A stretch of DNA of 63,870 nt, counting the filler, from Craspedostauros australis (lineage: Eukaryota), in NCBI GenBank assembly GCA_030167865.1. It is 11 parts of 11 records of this genome, joined end to end, with 100 filler letters (N's around TTAATTAATTAA, not from the genome) between each part and the next. Parts side by side here need not be neighbours in the genome. Positions count along the whole stretch, not along the records: positions 46,779 to 61,025 come from JALAGF010002088.1; positions 61,126 to 62,730 come from JALAGF010002090.1; 9 more parts are not named here. One strand, written 5' to 3'. The translations under genes were made by a program, and so were the position numbers. Position 1 is the first letter of the stretch. Every line of letters starts with the position of its first letter. Shown here in pieces: positions 49,370 through 61,697 of the stretch. The notes beneath the pieces are model-generated. The model was not told where the DNA came from. It was given only the letters and a program-made list of their open reading frames with translations, and searched no databases.

Positions 49370-50495
49370 CTTGCGGTTCTTGCGGTTCTTGCGATTCTTG
49401 CCTTCGCTTCGTTCTGCTCTGTTGGTATCGGTACTGACACTGACACAGGTGGTATGGAGCTATGGTCTTGCTATGGTCTTGCTGTGGTCTTGTTGTATTG
49501 GTGCGTCTCTGCCTTCGTTGTGAATGCTTGACGCCCAACTCTGCGACTACGGCTATGCTGAGCGGCAGTGACAGTGACAGTGACAGCGACAGCGGCGGTG
49601 GTGGTGATGGTGACGATGAAGGGCGCTATGGGTATTCCTGTACCGGTCTGATGTGTGTGTGTTTCTCCGTACAGATCCTCACCCATGGAGGTGCCTGCCT
49701 TGCACGAGGAGTGCTTCGCGGTTTGCTTTCCGGGTTGATTTGCAATCGTCCGAATTGCGTCCACAAGCGGAACCTTTGTCACGCTTTCTGCGCAACAGCC
49801 AATTCTGGCCTAAATTGCTTCCGAGTGGGTTTGTCGCTGCGACACATCACACTGTTGGCAGTCGTATGTGTCGTGTCAAGAACGACGAGACAGTCACATG
49901 AACGGACACAATTTTGTGCACAACACGAACGAACGTCAACGCCAAATCGCGGAAGACAAGAAAGAATGGTCATCCTGATTTGCAACCACGGGGTTGCTAT
50001 GATGTCACACACGACACAAGATGTGACCCCGATCTCCCTGCAACTATCTACACTCATTTTGTTAGTATTCCCAATGTATCAGACCAACCAAGATAACCAA
50101 ATAATAGAACAAGCACAATGTAGTCGAGTGTAATACTCTCTAAAGAATCTGAAAGAACTGTGCTCCTGTTCCTGTCTGATGGATCTGAACTGCTCTTCGC
50201 GATATGCACTATGATTGGCGATAGCAGAAAGGAACAATCTCCTGTAATTCTTAGCGACCTTTCAAAATCCATTTCTTCCTGTCTCTTCGTCTCTTCCATC
50301 CGTGCATCCACCCGTCGCACCTCGTTCTTTCGTCTGTACTGTTCCCCCATGATCCTCCTCTATGTGCTCCAAAGTCAGCATCGTGCTCCGTCGTTAGAGA
50401 GCAATCTTGACACAATCCGCCGCAGCTGGATTTTGCTCCGCTCGGATTGATTGTCGTTACCTGCTATCAACAGACTCCGCAATGCTGAACTCTCA

Positions 50496-52134
50496 TTAAG
50501 CTTGCTTCATTGATTTGTGCGTCTTGACTGGAACGCTATACCTCTTCAAAAAGAACTGCAGAAACAGGATGAGGTAGCTCCCGTACATGATCAACGCAGC
50601 GGCGTTGTTGTCGCTCGTGAGGAAGCATGCGCCGGAGTATTTCGGCACCATGATGAAGCCGAGCGCCGTGGTGATCACGCCCACGATCATCTGCGAGATC
50701 TGGGCCACCGTGATCCAGATGCTGTTGAACCATTTCGGCTTGCATTTCACGGCCATGAGGAAGTAGTAAAAGTACATCAGCGCGTGCACGGCGTAGTTCA
50801 TGACGACGAAGATCAGACCGGCCGGTGCCTTTGTGACGAATGCGTGCCAACAGTACAGCAGCACGGAGACGTGGTGGTACCAGTGCAAGAAGATCAAGGG
50901 CTTCTTGTGGACCACGATGAAGAACGTGTCGATCAGCTCACTGATGCATGGAAGAGTGGGGAGGGGGACGAGGATGAGGAGGGGAATTGTAGAAACGTAC
51001 AAAAGGTGATGCTCGACATCTCGATGATCTTCTTCGTTCAACGGTCATGCAGTATCCATGCGAAACCATCGCTCCGCGCCAAACGAATACTCTTCGCAAC
51101 ATTGCACACTGTGCACTGCACGCTGCACAATGTCCCATTCAATATCAATCCAATACACCTGCCCACATGGCACCATCACCTTCACACAAGGCAGGAACGT
51201 ACGGAATCTTTGATAAACAAAAGAGCTGCACCCACAGCCCCGTAGACCCCGAGCCGAAGCTGGATTCCGGATCGAAGCAGAGATTGTCGGCGATGGTGTA
51301 GTGCAGGATGTTGTGCAGCAGCTGCGGCGATGTACGAAGAAACCCCAAGAACGAGAAGGTGCTGAGCCCCAAATTCCACAACGCCATCGTTCTTCTCCAA
51401 TTCCATGCTGTGCGTTCCCGAAAGAACTGCCTGCCCATGGTGCAGCCGACGCCGTACAGCAGGATCGCGAGGATGGGCACCCACGGGTTGTTCACCATCC
51501 AGTCTCGGGCGATGACCGGATCATAATTCATTTCCGTTCTGGTGGTGGAAGAGCAAGGAGCAAGGAGGGTGGACGATAGCAAGATTAGACAACGCAAGAA
51601 TTGCATCGAGCATAATGTATGGCACCTCATCACTCCACGAGGAGTACGATACAAAGCAGATGAAAGCAGAGTCGAGTGTAGAGTGGCGCAGAGTGGAGGA
51701 TGCCATCCGTTGAGTGTATCGCGATGTGATCCAGTATCACCTCGTCCGATGCCAATAGGAATGGAATTCGCTTGGATGCCAATGGCATCGTACCATATCG
51801 CGTCGCATCCACACAATCTGGACGCGACCATTTGCGTGGCGATGTTGCCCTCTGCAATCCTCCCAACGGCCACTTCTCCAGCTGGTCAATCGCGGCTCCG
51901 CTCCTCCACGTTCGCTTGTGTCTCCACCACCAACGGCGCAAGTCGCTGACAGACAGCACGAATGCACCCATGTGCGAGTGTGCATTCGTGCGCATTGGTA
52001 TGGTGGCGAACACACCTCGTGTAGAACCGCCCGAGCGTATTCGGATACAAGCATGGCAGCTGCTCAAAGCTGACTCCAGCTCCATTCTGTTGAACGCATT
52101 GTCCCTCGACACCGCCGACAGGAAACCAAGCCAT
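50496..52134 (-). CDS. GNS1/SUR4 (ELO) fatty acid elongase, ELOVL6-like, 3 exons (52134-52016, 51538-51203, 50940-50496)
   Basis: LWNLGLSTFS, GLWVQLFCLSKIP|ELIDTFF, FLHWYHH, MNYAVHALMYFYY, TVAQISQM, MYGSYL. GT-AG introns are in frame. Confidence 0.92.
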
Positions 52135-52797
52135 TGCCAATCAACAATCAACAATTGAGAATGGAATGGAATGGATTTGTGTTGTGGTGCGTTGCGTTTC
52201 GCTGTGGATGATCAACGGCATCGGCATCAACAGCAACCGACGACCTGTTGTGCACGAGCTCGTGCCTCCACTTCTCACACACAACAGTCGACGTACTCTC
52301 TGATTCGTGGCACGTCGGATACAGACAGTGAGAAGTACGGCGTGGCAGGAATGGAATGGAACCAAGAACGAACCAAACAAAACGGTGTTGCACGAAGAGA
52401 AGAAACTGCCACGTCACATGACGTCACACACGATCGACAATGTGGGGGTCATTCGTGTTGACGACGTTGGTCTTTTGAATCCTGTCTTGTACTTGATTCA
52501 CGAATAAATCCAAGATCGGGCCTACATGAGTCTCTGCAACACGTTTTTGGCTTCGGTCGCAAACCAAACCAAACTTCAACAACACCACATGCCAACGAAG
52601 AAGAAAGGAAACCGCCATGGCGGTTGCGATTGTGATTGCCATGACGATCACGCATTCATGTTCATGTCCGTCTCACAAATCGAACGGACGCAACGGATTG
52701 TGTGACACTTGCACGAGCAGAGCACTGGAATAGATCTGGATCCACACTGACCCACAAACACACGCACAAGCAGAAGCACAAACTGAAGCCGATCAAG

Positions 52798-54353
52798 ATG
52801 AACTCCTCTGTCGGCATGTTCGCCGTGATTCTGGTGAATCTTTGGATGGGATCTTACTCCTTCTCGTCACTGCACATGTCCGTCGGAAACGGCAAGGTCA
52901 ACGTCGTCGCGGGCGCCACCGGCTACATCGGCAAGTCCGTGGTGCGAGAGAGTGTGCGACAGGGATACAAGACAATCGCGTTGGTGCGCAGCAAGGACAA
53001 GGTCGAATCCAACAAGGGCAAGGCCCTGTACGGTCAATTCTTTGACGGCGCGCAGATCGTGGAATGCGACGTTTGCGATCCGGCGCAGCTGACGAAGGTG
53101 AGCAATGCAATGTGGCGCACGTGGCTGTGTGGTGGGATGCCAACCAAGCTGTCCGTGTTGACCGGTGTGTCATGTTTGGCATGACCGTCGTGGTGGACGA
53201 TATCTCTTTGCAAAGTGGAGACCGTGATTGTGATTGTATTGGTGATTGTGGTTTGACTCACCCATTGTTTCTCTGGTCTCTTCATTCATTCCATACTCCT
53301 CTCATTGTGAATGCCGTCAATCATTCTCGAACGCTTTGCTCTTGTGGAATTCATGTGGTCATGATGGTCTCGAAATCAAATTGATGAATCAACCACGATG
53401 CTCTTCGCTACGTGCATACGAATGGATTCTTCATCGATGATCGGTTCGATGTTGCTCCTCGGCTCTATTTTCGATTCTGTACGTACGCCATGAACAACAA
53501 CGACGACGACGATAACGACAACCATGACAAATCATATGATTTGATAATGACAATGCACGAAAAGGCTCTGGAAGGAATCAAGAGCGAATCAGGCAAGATC
53601 GAATCTGTCATCTCCTGCCTCGCCTCGCGATCCGGCATCAAGAAGGATGCGTACGCCATCGATTACCAGGCCACCAAGAACTGCCTCGACGCCGGCATGG
53701 CCAACGACGCACGTCACTTCGTCCTGCTCAGCGCATTCTGCGTCAAGAATCCATGGTTGCAGTTCCAGCAGGCCAAGCTCAAATTCGAGTCCGATCTCGA
53801 AGCGCAGGACAAGATGACGTACAGCATCGTGCGACCCACCGCGTTCTTCAAATCCGTGTCGGGACAGCTCGAAGTTGTGCAGCAGGGTGCCCCATTTGTC
53901 ATGTTCGGCGACGGCGAGGTGACACGTTGCAACCCCATCGCCGAGGCCGATCTCGCCACCTACCTCATCGATTGCATCGCCGACAAGTCGCGCGAGAACG
54001 CCATTCTGAACCTCGGCGGTCCCGATGAACCGCTGACCATGAAGACGCAGGGTGAGATGCTGTTTCAGTCCGTGGGCAAGGAGCCCAACTTCTTCTTCGC
54101 ACCGCTGTGGTTGTTCGATGCCATCATTGATAGTTTGCAGTGGGTGGCCGATACGTTCAGCAGCGAGAAGTTCGAGAATGCTGCCGAGTTGGGCCGCATT
54201 GGCAAGTACTACGCCGTCGAGGATATGCTGACGACGGAGCCATCGGAGAAGTTCGGAACCATCACCTTGCAGGAGCATTACGACCGCATCGCTGTGGAAG
54301 GTCAGGAGTACGATCCATACACCACCATGTTCGCCAAGGCACCAAAGGACTAA
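52798..54353 (+). CDS. DVR: Divinyl (proto)chlorophyllide a 8-vinyl reductase (NADPH-type), plastid-targeted, 2 exons (52798-53097, 53565-54353)
   Basis: Signal peptide plus F-motif. [89 protein letters not shown]. Confidence 0.9.
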
Positions 54354-55033
54354 GCATTAGAGCAGAGTACTCAAACACTCGAGCGTATTATAGTCTGTAG
54401 TAATATGCTGCAACGCGATGTACGTCGAAGATCCAAGCCGCAGGACTATGAGAATGTCAGCGCAAGGCGCATCTTTGCCACCGTACGTATGACAATACTC
54501 TGCGAACCCATGATGTTTGTGTGCTTGAATTCGGAAGCGCTGACACATGAACATGTCAGACAACTCAGGTTGACAGCGGTCGTGATTTCGGCATTCATTC
54601 CTTGAGCAGACTTGTTTGCACTCAACATGAAGTATTGTTTGAATATTTGTTTGCTTTTTATAGTTTCGTTTATTGCGTTGTGGTAGAATGGTTGGTAAGG
54701 TGGATATGTTTGTGTTGAGCGACGACAGAGTTGCACGCATGGGTGCATTCTGGTGGAAAGAAATGTTCTCGCAGAACAATCTCGCTCATAGTATTTGGCG
54801 GTGTGCTTGGCTGGTTGCGGTACCATGCAGTACGGATGTAGCTGGCCTGAATGGATGTGCTGCGATAGCTGCACTATTTGGAGGACTGTCTCCTTCGATG
54901 CATTCCCATTGCAGAAGGCAATCGTAGTAGTTGCTGTTGTTAGTGTTGGTGCAAACAGAATGGAGAGGTCAAGACGTCTGAATTACGATGTCAAACCGAA
55001 TGTTTCCCGTTCACGTCCATACGGAACTGCTGC

Positions 55034-55768
55034 TTAGAACTGGTTTGGATCTGGGAGGTTGGTGAGAACGATTCCGGCGACGACGGCAAAGGCAGCAAGA
55101 CCACCTCCGGCAATCAGTGCTGACGACATGTTCTCCTCGCTGCTCTTTGTGGAGATCTCCATCTTTGGCTCGATGGCCCAGACGTTGGACTTTCCGTCCT
55201 GATCGACGGAGACACCACGTTCCTGGAATCCCTCAGCGAGTGGTCGGTTATCCTCCTCTGGCTCGGACATGAGGCGGGTCTGCAGGGCGACATTTGGCTG
55301 TGGGGCTGTTGGTGTGTGAATGGTTGTGGCAGGTTGTTTCGGAAGAGAAGAAATTGGAAATGAGGATGGTGCAATGGGATCGTTAGCATGCAATGTATGA
55401 AGGGGATGTCATTCATGATCAGGTCAACATGTAACGATACGATGGTGCGCAGTTTGGCACCATCCATGAAAGCGAGAAGGTGGCGACGATGGACGGTCTG
55501 TTGCTGAAGTGTTATCCAAGCACCACCCCATCATCCACCGATGATGTTGTGCTGACTCATGCATCAGCATCTTGCTCATTTCCATCGTGCGGATGTCGCT
55601 CGATGATGGTCCTGATCAAGATGATCATGGCCATGACGCTGACGACCACGATATTTCAGAAGATAACGACGACGACGGCGACTGCGCTGACGATGGTACC
55701 CATGGAAGGGACGTACCGAAGGCGTTGGCAGCGGCAACGGTGGCGATGAGGACGATAAGGCGGTTCAT
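55034..55768 (-). CDS. Small plastid-targeted single-TM protein, Psb34/Ssl1498-like, 2 exons (55768-55717, 55305-55034)
   Basis: Splicing gives MNRLIVLIATVAAANA-FAPQP (ASAFAP motif). Mature part: VDQDGKSNVWAIEPKM followed by the TM ALIAGGGLAAFAVVAGIVL. Confidence 0.7.
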
Positions 55769-56794
55769 GTTGGCGTTTTGGGATGGGATGGGATTGGAAT
55801 TGGACGAGAGTGGTTGATTTGTGGGAATGCGGGAAGTTGATGTCGTTTTTGAAGTTTTGTGACTGTTGTTGGAATCCATGAAACCGATTGCGCGGTTCTT
55901 GTTTCACTGTTCGCACTCGCACAGTAGTCTGTTGCACATGAGTCACACACTCAGCAACAACCAAACCCATGGCGTGTCTGCGTTGGTTGGCATCGGCGTT
56001 GTCACTCGCCATCGTCATCGTCGTCATTCATCATCGAAGTCTGCATCATCGTTTGTGCGCACTGTTCTTGGTTGATGTGACATGACATCGACCGACGTCC
56101 AAATCACCAAAACAATTCCAACAACCACGTCATGCCACAACACGTTTTGGTATCCCATAATTCGGGTTGGCTCCAATCGATCGAGTCGCACATGAGAAGC
56201 GCTGAGAAAGTGTTTTGTCATTGGTTGGTATGTGATCCAGTGGTTCCATTCGTGGCACGAACAAAACGCGGGCCGCCAAATTTTTTGAAATTGCGGTTGT
56301 GTCTCTTCGTTCCCGTTGTTGCTTTGGGTTGCCGTTGGTCGTCATTTCTGTTGGAGTGGTTTGTTCGTTCCTTCCTTCCTCCTCTTCATCGTTGGTTTGA
56401 TCGGGATCCCTTCCATTCGCATTCGAGAGCGACGCTTGTCAAACTAGTGCCATAGGTCGTTCTCCACATACCTTGGGTCGTTGGAGAAGAGAAAGAGAGG
56501 AAAGCAGCCGAGCGATCAAAGACTCAACCAAGGAAGTAGGGAAAGAAGGAGTTGCATCCAGAGTTGACCCAGCACTCGCGCTTGCACGAATAGAAGAGTC
56601 GTACAAAAAGGGCGCCATCTTGCGATCGAAGCGAAGGTCCTTGCAAGTGGCGAAGTGGCAACAGAGGCAGAGACCAAGATAACAACGAACGTGATACCAA
56701 CAGCAACATCCATCCATCGTCGGTGTCATACCATACTGACATACGTCTCGGCAATCGCACACCAGCAGCAGCAATATCACACACACAGAGCACC

Positions 56795-58351
56795 ATGTCG
56801 GCGACAGCAGCAGACCAATGCGTGGGAGTCAACGGAGATGGCGTTTCGTATCTCGAATTCAGCTGTCTTTACCCGCAGATAGAGTCGCTCTACTTCAGGT
56901 GAGTATGCCATACTCTCAACACCATCGCGTCGCATTCGTCTCATGATCACAGGAGTGCAATGAGCGCAATGAGCACAATGAGCGCAATGAGCGATGCAAA
57001 GTCACAAGAGACGATGGAAGGAAATGCGTTCATTGCTGGCCGTGTTCCATCGAAGGCGTTGCTTGCGCCCCCTTTGTTTCCCCCTTCGCATCGTCCACAA
57101 CCATGGGAATGTCATTGTGAACGGCAATGGCAATGAACACGGAGGTGCACTCTGAGTGCATTGCATTCAATGCACAGTGCATTACATTGCCGAGGGATGA
57201 TCGTCACAACGTGGCATATTCGTGGACTACTTGCACGAACTTGCACCAATTATTGTTCTCCGACATGCTTTCCCATGAAAATTCAAGCTCACCAGTTGCT
57301 CCCGCTCAACACCACTCAATGTCACTCACAAACTTTCGCACCTCGCAAACAGCTTTGAGAAGTACTACGATCCATGCCCAATGCTGGCATGGATGCGGGG
57401 GCATTCCATCCTCCCGATAGGCGCCGTGTCCGCCTACTTCTTTCTCATCTTTGCGGGACAGGCACTCATGAAGAATCGCGAACCGTGGAACTGGAGAAAA
57501 TCCATGGCCGTTTGGAATCTCTGTCTGTCCCTCTTCTCCTGGATCGGCATGTTCCGAACGGCGCCGCAGCTCATCCACAGCCTCACCACCATGAGCATCC
57601 GGGACAACTTCTGCAAAGATCCAAGGGAAACGTACGGATCGGGGTCGTCCGGACTGTGGGTGCAGCTCTTCATCCTTTCCAAATTCCCGTGAGTTATCAC
57701 CATCATCGTTGTTGCAATGCATCGTGTTCAAGCATGTGTCAGATCTGAACAGCGGCATTGCCGTTCCATGCTTCCATGCGACCACCACCGTCATCTTGCT
57801 CACAACTTGTGTGTCCTATCACGCATGTGCCTTCATCTCTCTTGAATTTTTATACCTCATCATTCAATTCTCCTTTCGCAACACGACGCAATGCAATGCA
57901 ACACAGTGAGCTCGTGGATACCTTTTTCATTGTCATTCACAAGAAGCCATTGATCTTCTTGCACTGGTACCATCACATCACAGTCTTGTTGTACTGCTGG
58001 CATTCGTACGTGACGACGTCCCCACCGGGGATTTTCTTCGTCGTCATGAACTACAGCGTCCACGCCTCCATGTACGGCTACTACTTCCTCATGGCCGCCA
58101 AGCTGCGGCCAAAATGGTTCAACCCCATCATCATCACCGCCTTCCAAATCTCACAAATGGTCGTCGGTGTCATCGTCACCGTCATGGGATTCTACTACTA
58201 CTCCGTGGATTCGGAATGCGAGATCGAAAAAGAGAACAACATCGCCGCATTCATCATGTACGGAAGCTACCTCTTCCTCTTCATGCAGTTCTTCATCGGA
58301 CGCTACTTCAAGCCAAAGGTTACCATCTCCAAAAACAAGAAGGCAGCGTAA
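56795..58351 (+). CDS. GNS1/SUR4 (ELO) fatty acid elongase, ELOVL6-like paralog, 3 exons (56795-56898, 57353-57688, 57907-58351)
   Basis: GLWVQLFILSKFP|ELVDTFF, FLHWYHH, MNYSVHASMYGYY, TAFQISQM and a C-terminal KKAA ER-retrieval motif. Introns are in frame. Confidence 0.92.
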
Positions 58352-58696
58352 TTCTGTTGATGCGCATCCATGCCTCACTCATTCACTTGTGCGGCTACGA
58401 GTTCAGTGCCTTCGGGAGAGTTCAAACGTGGACTCTCCGGCGAGATTGACAGTGGGCGTGAAAGCAAGCGGCGGTCGCGATTTGAAGAGAATGGAAGCTC
58501 AACGAGCAGAAGTACTCGCACAGTCAAGTGATTGGCACGATGAATGAGACCTCACTGGTTCGACCGCGCATACTACTATACAATAATCGAATGCTACACG
58601 CAAACAGCAATAAATTTGTTTTTAATGTAAACTGTTCTCTTGCATGTACAATACTATCTATGCATTGACGGGCACTGTGCTTGGCCTAGCACCGCG

Positions 58697-60286
58697 CTAC
58701 AGATCGCGCCGAGCCTTCTTGGGCCGTCTTATCAGCACGAGGATCGCCACCATCGATCCGACGAAGAATATGGAAGCGAAGATATGGTTCGACGCGTGGA
58801 ACCGTTCGTTGAACTTGTCAGATTCGTAGTGGCTGCGGAATGCCTGATAGCTGTTGGCCGGATAGTTCTGCCGCATCTCCTTCTCCAACGACTTGCGTGC
58901 CTCCGCCTGCTCCCGCTTCAAATCGCGCAATCGATCGGCCATCTCTCGTTCGGCCTTGGCATGATCCACGGGTGCCGCAGGGACGCGTTTCTTCTTGGTC
59001 GGTCGCTTCTTCTGCGGATACTTCGTGTGGGGGTGCTTGCGCTTGAAATCTTCTTCGTTTGGATTCTTCATGTCCATGATGTCGATCAACTCCTTCATCA
59101 TCTCGGCCTGATTGGCCTGTTCTTTCTTATAGTACTTTTCCGCCTCTTTGCGCGCTTCCTTGGCCTTTTGTTTTGCTTCTTGTTTTGCTGCTTCCTCTGC
59201 TTGTCTCGCCTCCTTCTGTTTTTCCTTTTGTCGAGCTTTCTCTTCCTCCTTCTCCTGTTTCTTCTTCTGTCGTCGTTCTTCTTGTTCTTGTTGCTTCTTT
59301 TGTCGTTCTGCTTCCTCCTCCTCCGCTTTCTTTTGTTGCTGCTCCGCCTCTTTCTGCTGCTGCTGTTGTTGCTGCTGCTGCTGTTCTGTGAATTCGTCGA
59401 CATGAACTTTCGTTTGATCAGCTTGCTGCTCTGCCGCTGCTTGTTCCTGCGACTTTTCCTCTTGTTGCCGCTGTTGCTGTTCCTGCTCTTCTTGTTGCTG
59501 CGCTTCTTCTTGTGCTTGCGCCTCCTCCGGTTGCTTTGGATCCTGGTCAGCAGTCACTTGATCGCCGCCACCGCCGCTAGCGGCAGCAGCATCGTTCACC
59601 GCGGCATCAATAGCGGCAGCATCAACAGCGGCGGCAGCTGCAGCCGAACTATCACCACCGTCGCTTCCGCCGCCTGCCGCAGTTTCGCCACCTTCCGGTT
59701 CCAAGACGAGCTGCGGTGTCAAACGCACCGCTTCATGCCCAGTCGCCCAACCGGCCAGAAGCTTGACGGTCTTCGTCATGTCGTTGATCTTGAGATCGAC
59801 CACCCCGCCTTGCGTCAACCGCCCCGCCACACGGCGGTTGCCTTCACAACCCACGGCACCGCCACCCGTGAACTCGGCCTCACCTTCCACGATGCTGATG
59901 ACGAACTGCAAATCTTCGTGGAATTCATCCTTGCTGTACGGATTGACGAATGCCACTTGCATCGTCTCGGCGCTGTAATGATACGGCGACGCCAAGTGGT
60001 TGTCACCCTCCTGCACGCCGAGGAAGAATTTGGGGAAATCCGACTCTTCCGCAGGCGTCATGGGGAAGTTCATCACGACCTCGATCGGATCCAACTCGAT
60101 CATGCAACCCGACCGCGTCGTCACCATGTTGTTGGCGAAGCCCAGCACCGTTCCGTCATGGTTCGTGCTTGCCGTCGCGCAGATGAAGATCAGCAGCGAG
60201 AAGAGCCATGACAGCGGATCATTTCTTCCTGCTGGTCGCCCTCCTTCTTTTGCCGATGTCCAGCCAGTCATCTTCATTCTGCCCAT
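58697..60286 (-). CDS. Membrane-anchored protein: Reeler-like N-domain, Q/E/K coiled coil, C-terminal TM
   Basis: Hydrophobic leader WLFSLLIFICATA, GCMIELD..VVMN, GCEGNRRVAG, LLAGWATGHEAVRLT, a long charged helix, and TM IFASIFFVGSMVAILVLI followed by RRPKK. Confidence 0.65.
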   Translation of the reverse strand: MGRMKMTGWTSAKEGGRPAGRNDPLSWLFSLLIFICATASTNHDGTVLGFANNMVTTRSGCMIELDPIEVVMNFPMTPAEESDFPKFFLGVQEGDNHLASPYHYSAETMQVAFVNPYSKDEFHEDLQFVISIVEGEAEFTGGGAVGCEGNRRVAGRLTQGGVVDLKINDMTKTVKLLAGWATGHEAVRLTPQLVLEPEGGETAAGGGSDGGDSSAAAAAAVDAAAIDAAVNDAAAASGGGGDQVTADQDPKQPEEAQAQEEAQQQEEQEQQQRQQEEKSQEQAAAEQQADQTKVHVDEFTEQQQQQQQQQQKEAEQQQKKAEEEEAERQKKQQEQEERRQKKKQEKEEEKARQKEKQKEARQAEEAAKQEAKQKAKEARKEAEKYYKKEQANQAEMMKELIDIMDMKNPNEEDFKRKHPHTKYPQKKRPTKKKRVPAAPVDHAKAEREMADRLRDLKREQAEARKSLEKEMRQNYPANSYQAFRSHYESDKFNERFHASNHIFASIFFVGSMVAILVLIRRPKKARRDL

Positions 60287-61125
60287 GCCGCACGGCTTGA
60301 ATCGCTCCCTCGAGGCAATGCAATGCAATGCAAAGCAAAGCAGGGCAACTGAATTGAGCAGTACTGCGCAGAGAAGAGCGCAAGTATGGAGAGAGTCTCA
60401 GACAGTGCTACGTCCAGGTGTGGCGATCGTAGTTCGTACAATGCATGCGGTCGGCTTCTCTTTGCTCCTTCGACCCTTCTCTCTTCGTTGCTCTTTGTGC
60501 GCCTCCCTTTGTGGCCAAGAGAATCGACGCAGTTGCGCAACACGATCCTTCCTTTCTTGGATCCGTTGGTTCGTGTTTCGATACAACAGGACTGGATATG
60601 GTAAATCACGAATGTCAGTCATGTGTCAACTATTGGAATCTGGGCTGATGGTAACGACTGTGGATGATCAGTGTGTGTGCTAACTGTGTTGTGTAGGGAT
60701 TATGAGGCATACCTTGCTACTTTTGTTGTGTTTCGCTTTGTTCTGTTCCATCAGCGTTCGTGCACGTTTTCGATGTTTGCCTTCTCGTTTCTCTTTGCTG
60801 TTGCGTCTTGATCGCTGCTGTGTGGTCGTCGTATCTTTTGTGTTTCCGATTCATGCGATCGTAGCTCCATGTCTCCGGTTCGTGCGGTCGTGGCTCCAAT
60901 ACGCCCCTTTATAACCTCACTTGTCAATGGGCACGTGAGGGTGTAATCCAGACACAGGGCAACTCACGTGTGCTTCTTTCAGCATGGGTAGTAGGCTCAG
61001 CTGGTTGTGGATCGTCCGGACAGTANNNNNNNNNNNNNNNNNNNNNNNNNNNNNNNNNNNNNNNNNNNNTTAATTAATTAANNNNNNNNNNNNNNNNNNN
61101 NNNNNNNNNNNNNNNNNNNNNNNNN

Positions 61126-61300
61126 ATCTTGCACTGGACCGCTGGTTGTCGCAGTGCCGATGATGCCGTTCGACGGCGCTTGAGGAGTTTTGTTGTGTTT
61201 CTCCATTGTTGTGTTGTTGTGTTGCGTTTGGTGTTCTCAAACAGTTTTTGCTGTTGGGGGCCATGGAGATTAACCACAATTCTACCGAATGTGCCCATCA
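61126..61300 (+). repeat. Diverged dispersed repeat, second copy at ~63552-63715
   Basis: cactggaccgctggttg..tgccgttcgacggc..ccattgttgtgttgttg aligns with cattggactgctggttg..tgccgttggacggc..ccattgtcatgttgttg. Confidence 0.65.
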
Positions 61301-61697
61301 ATGAGAACACTTTACGAGTCCCGAATTGCGCCTCCATTCCACAACAACAAAACTGACCTCACAAAGTGCACAACGGAAACATTGCGCATCTGGGACGACC
61401 TGCTGTTGATTCTCTGCTGCTTGTAGCCATTGCTTTTACAACAATGTAGAATGACTGTGACCCTCCACATCGGAGAGAGCGGACGACACTGCACAATGTG
61501 TCTGTCCTCCAATGTTGCCCATGCCCCCTGTGATGCGCTGCGCCGTGCTGTGCTTCGAGGGCTGATGATGCGGTGCGCTGCGTTGCTGTCTTCGTGTTTC
61601 TGGTGTGTGTTGCGACGCGCCTTTCAACTCAACTGCAGCCTCCATCAACACAATACACATCATCCTCCATTCACTGTGATCTTCAGCTCGCAAGCAT

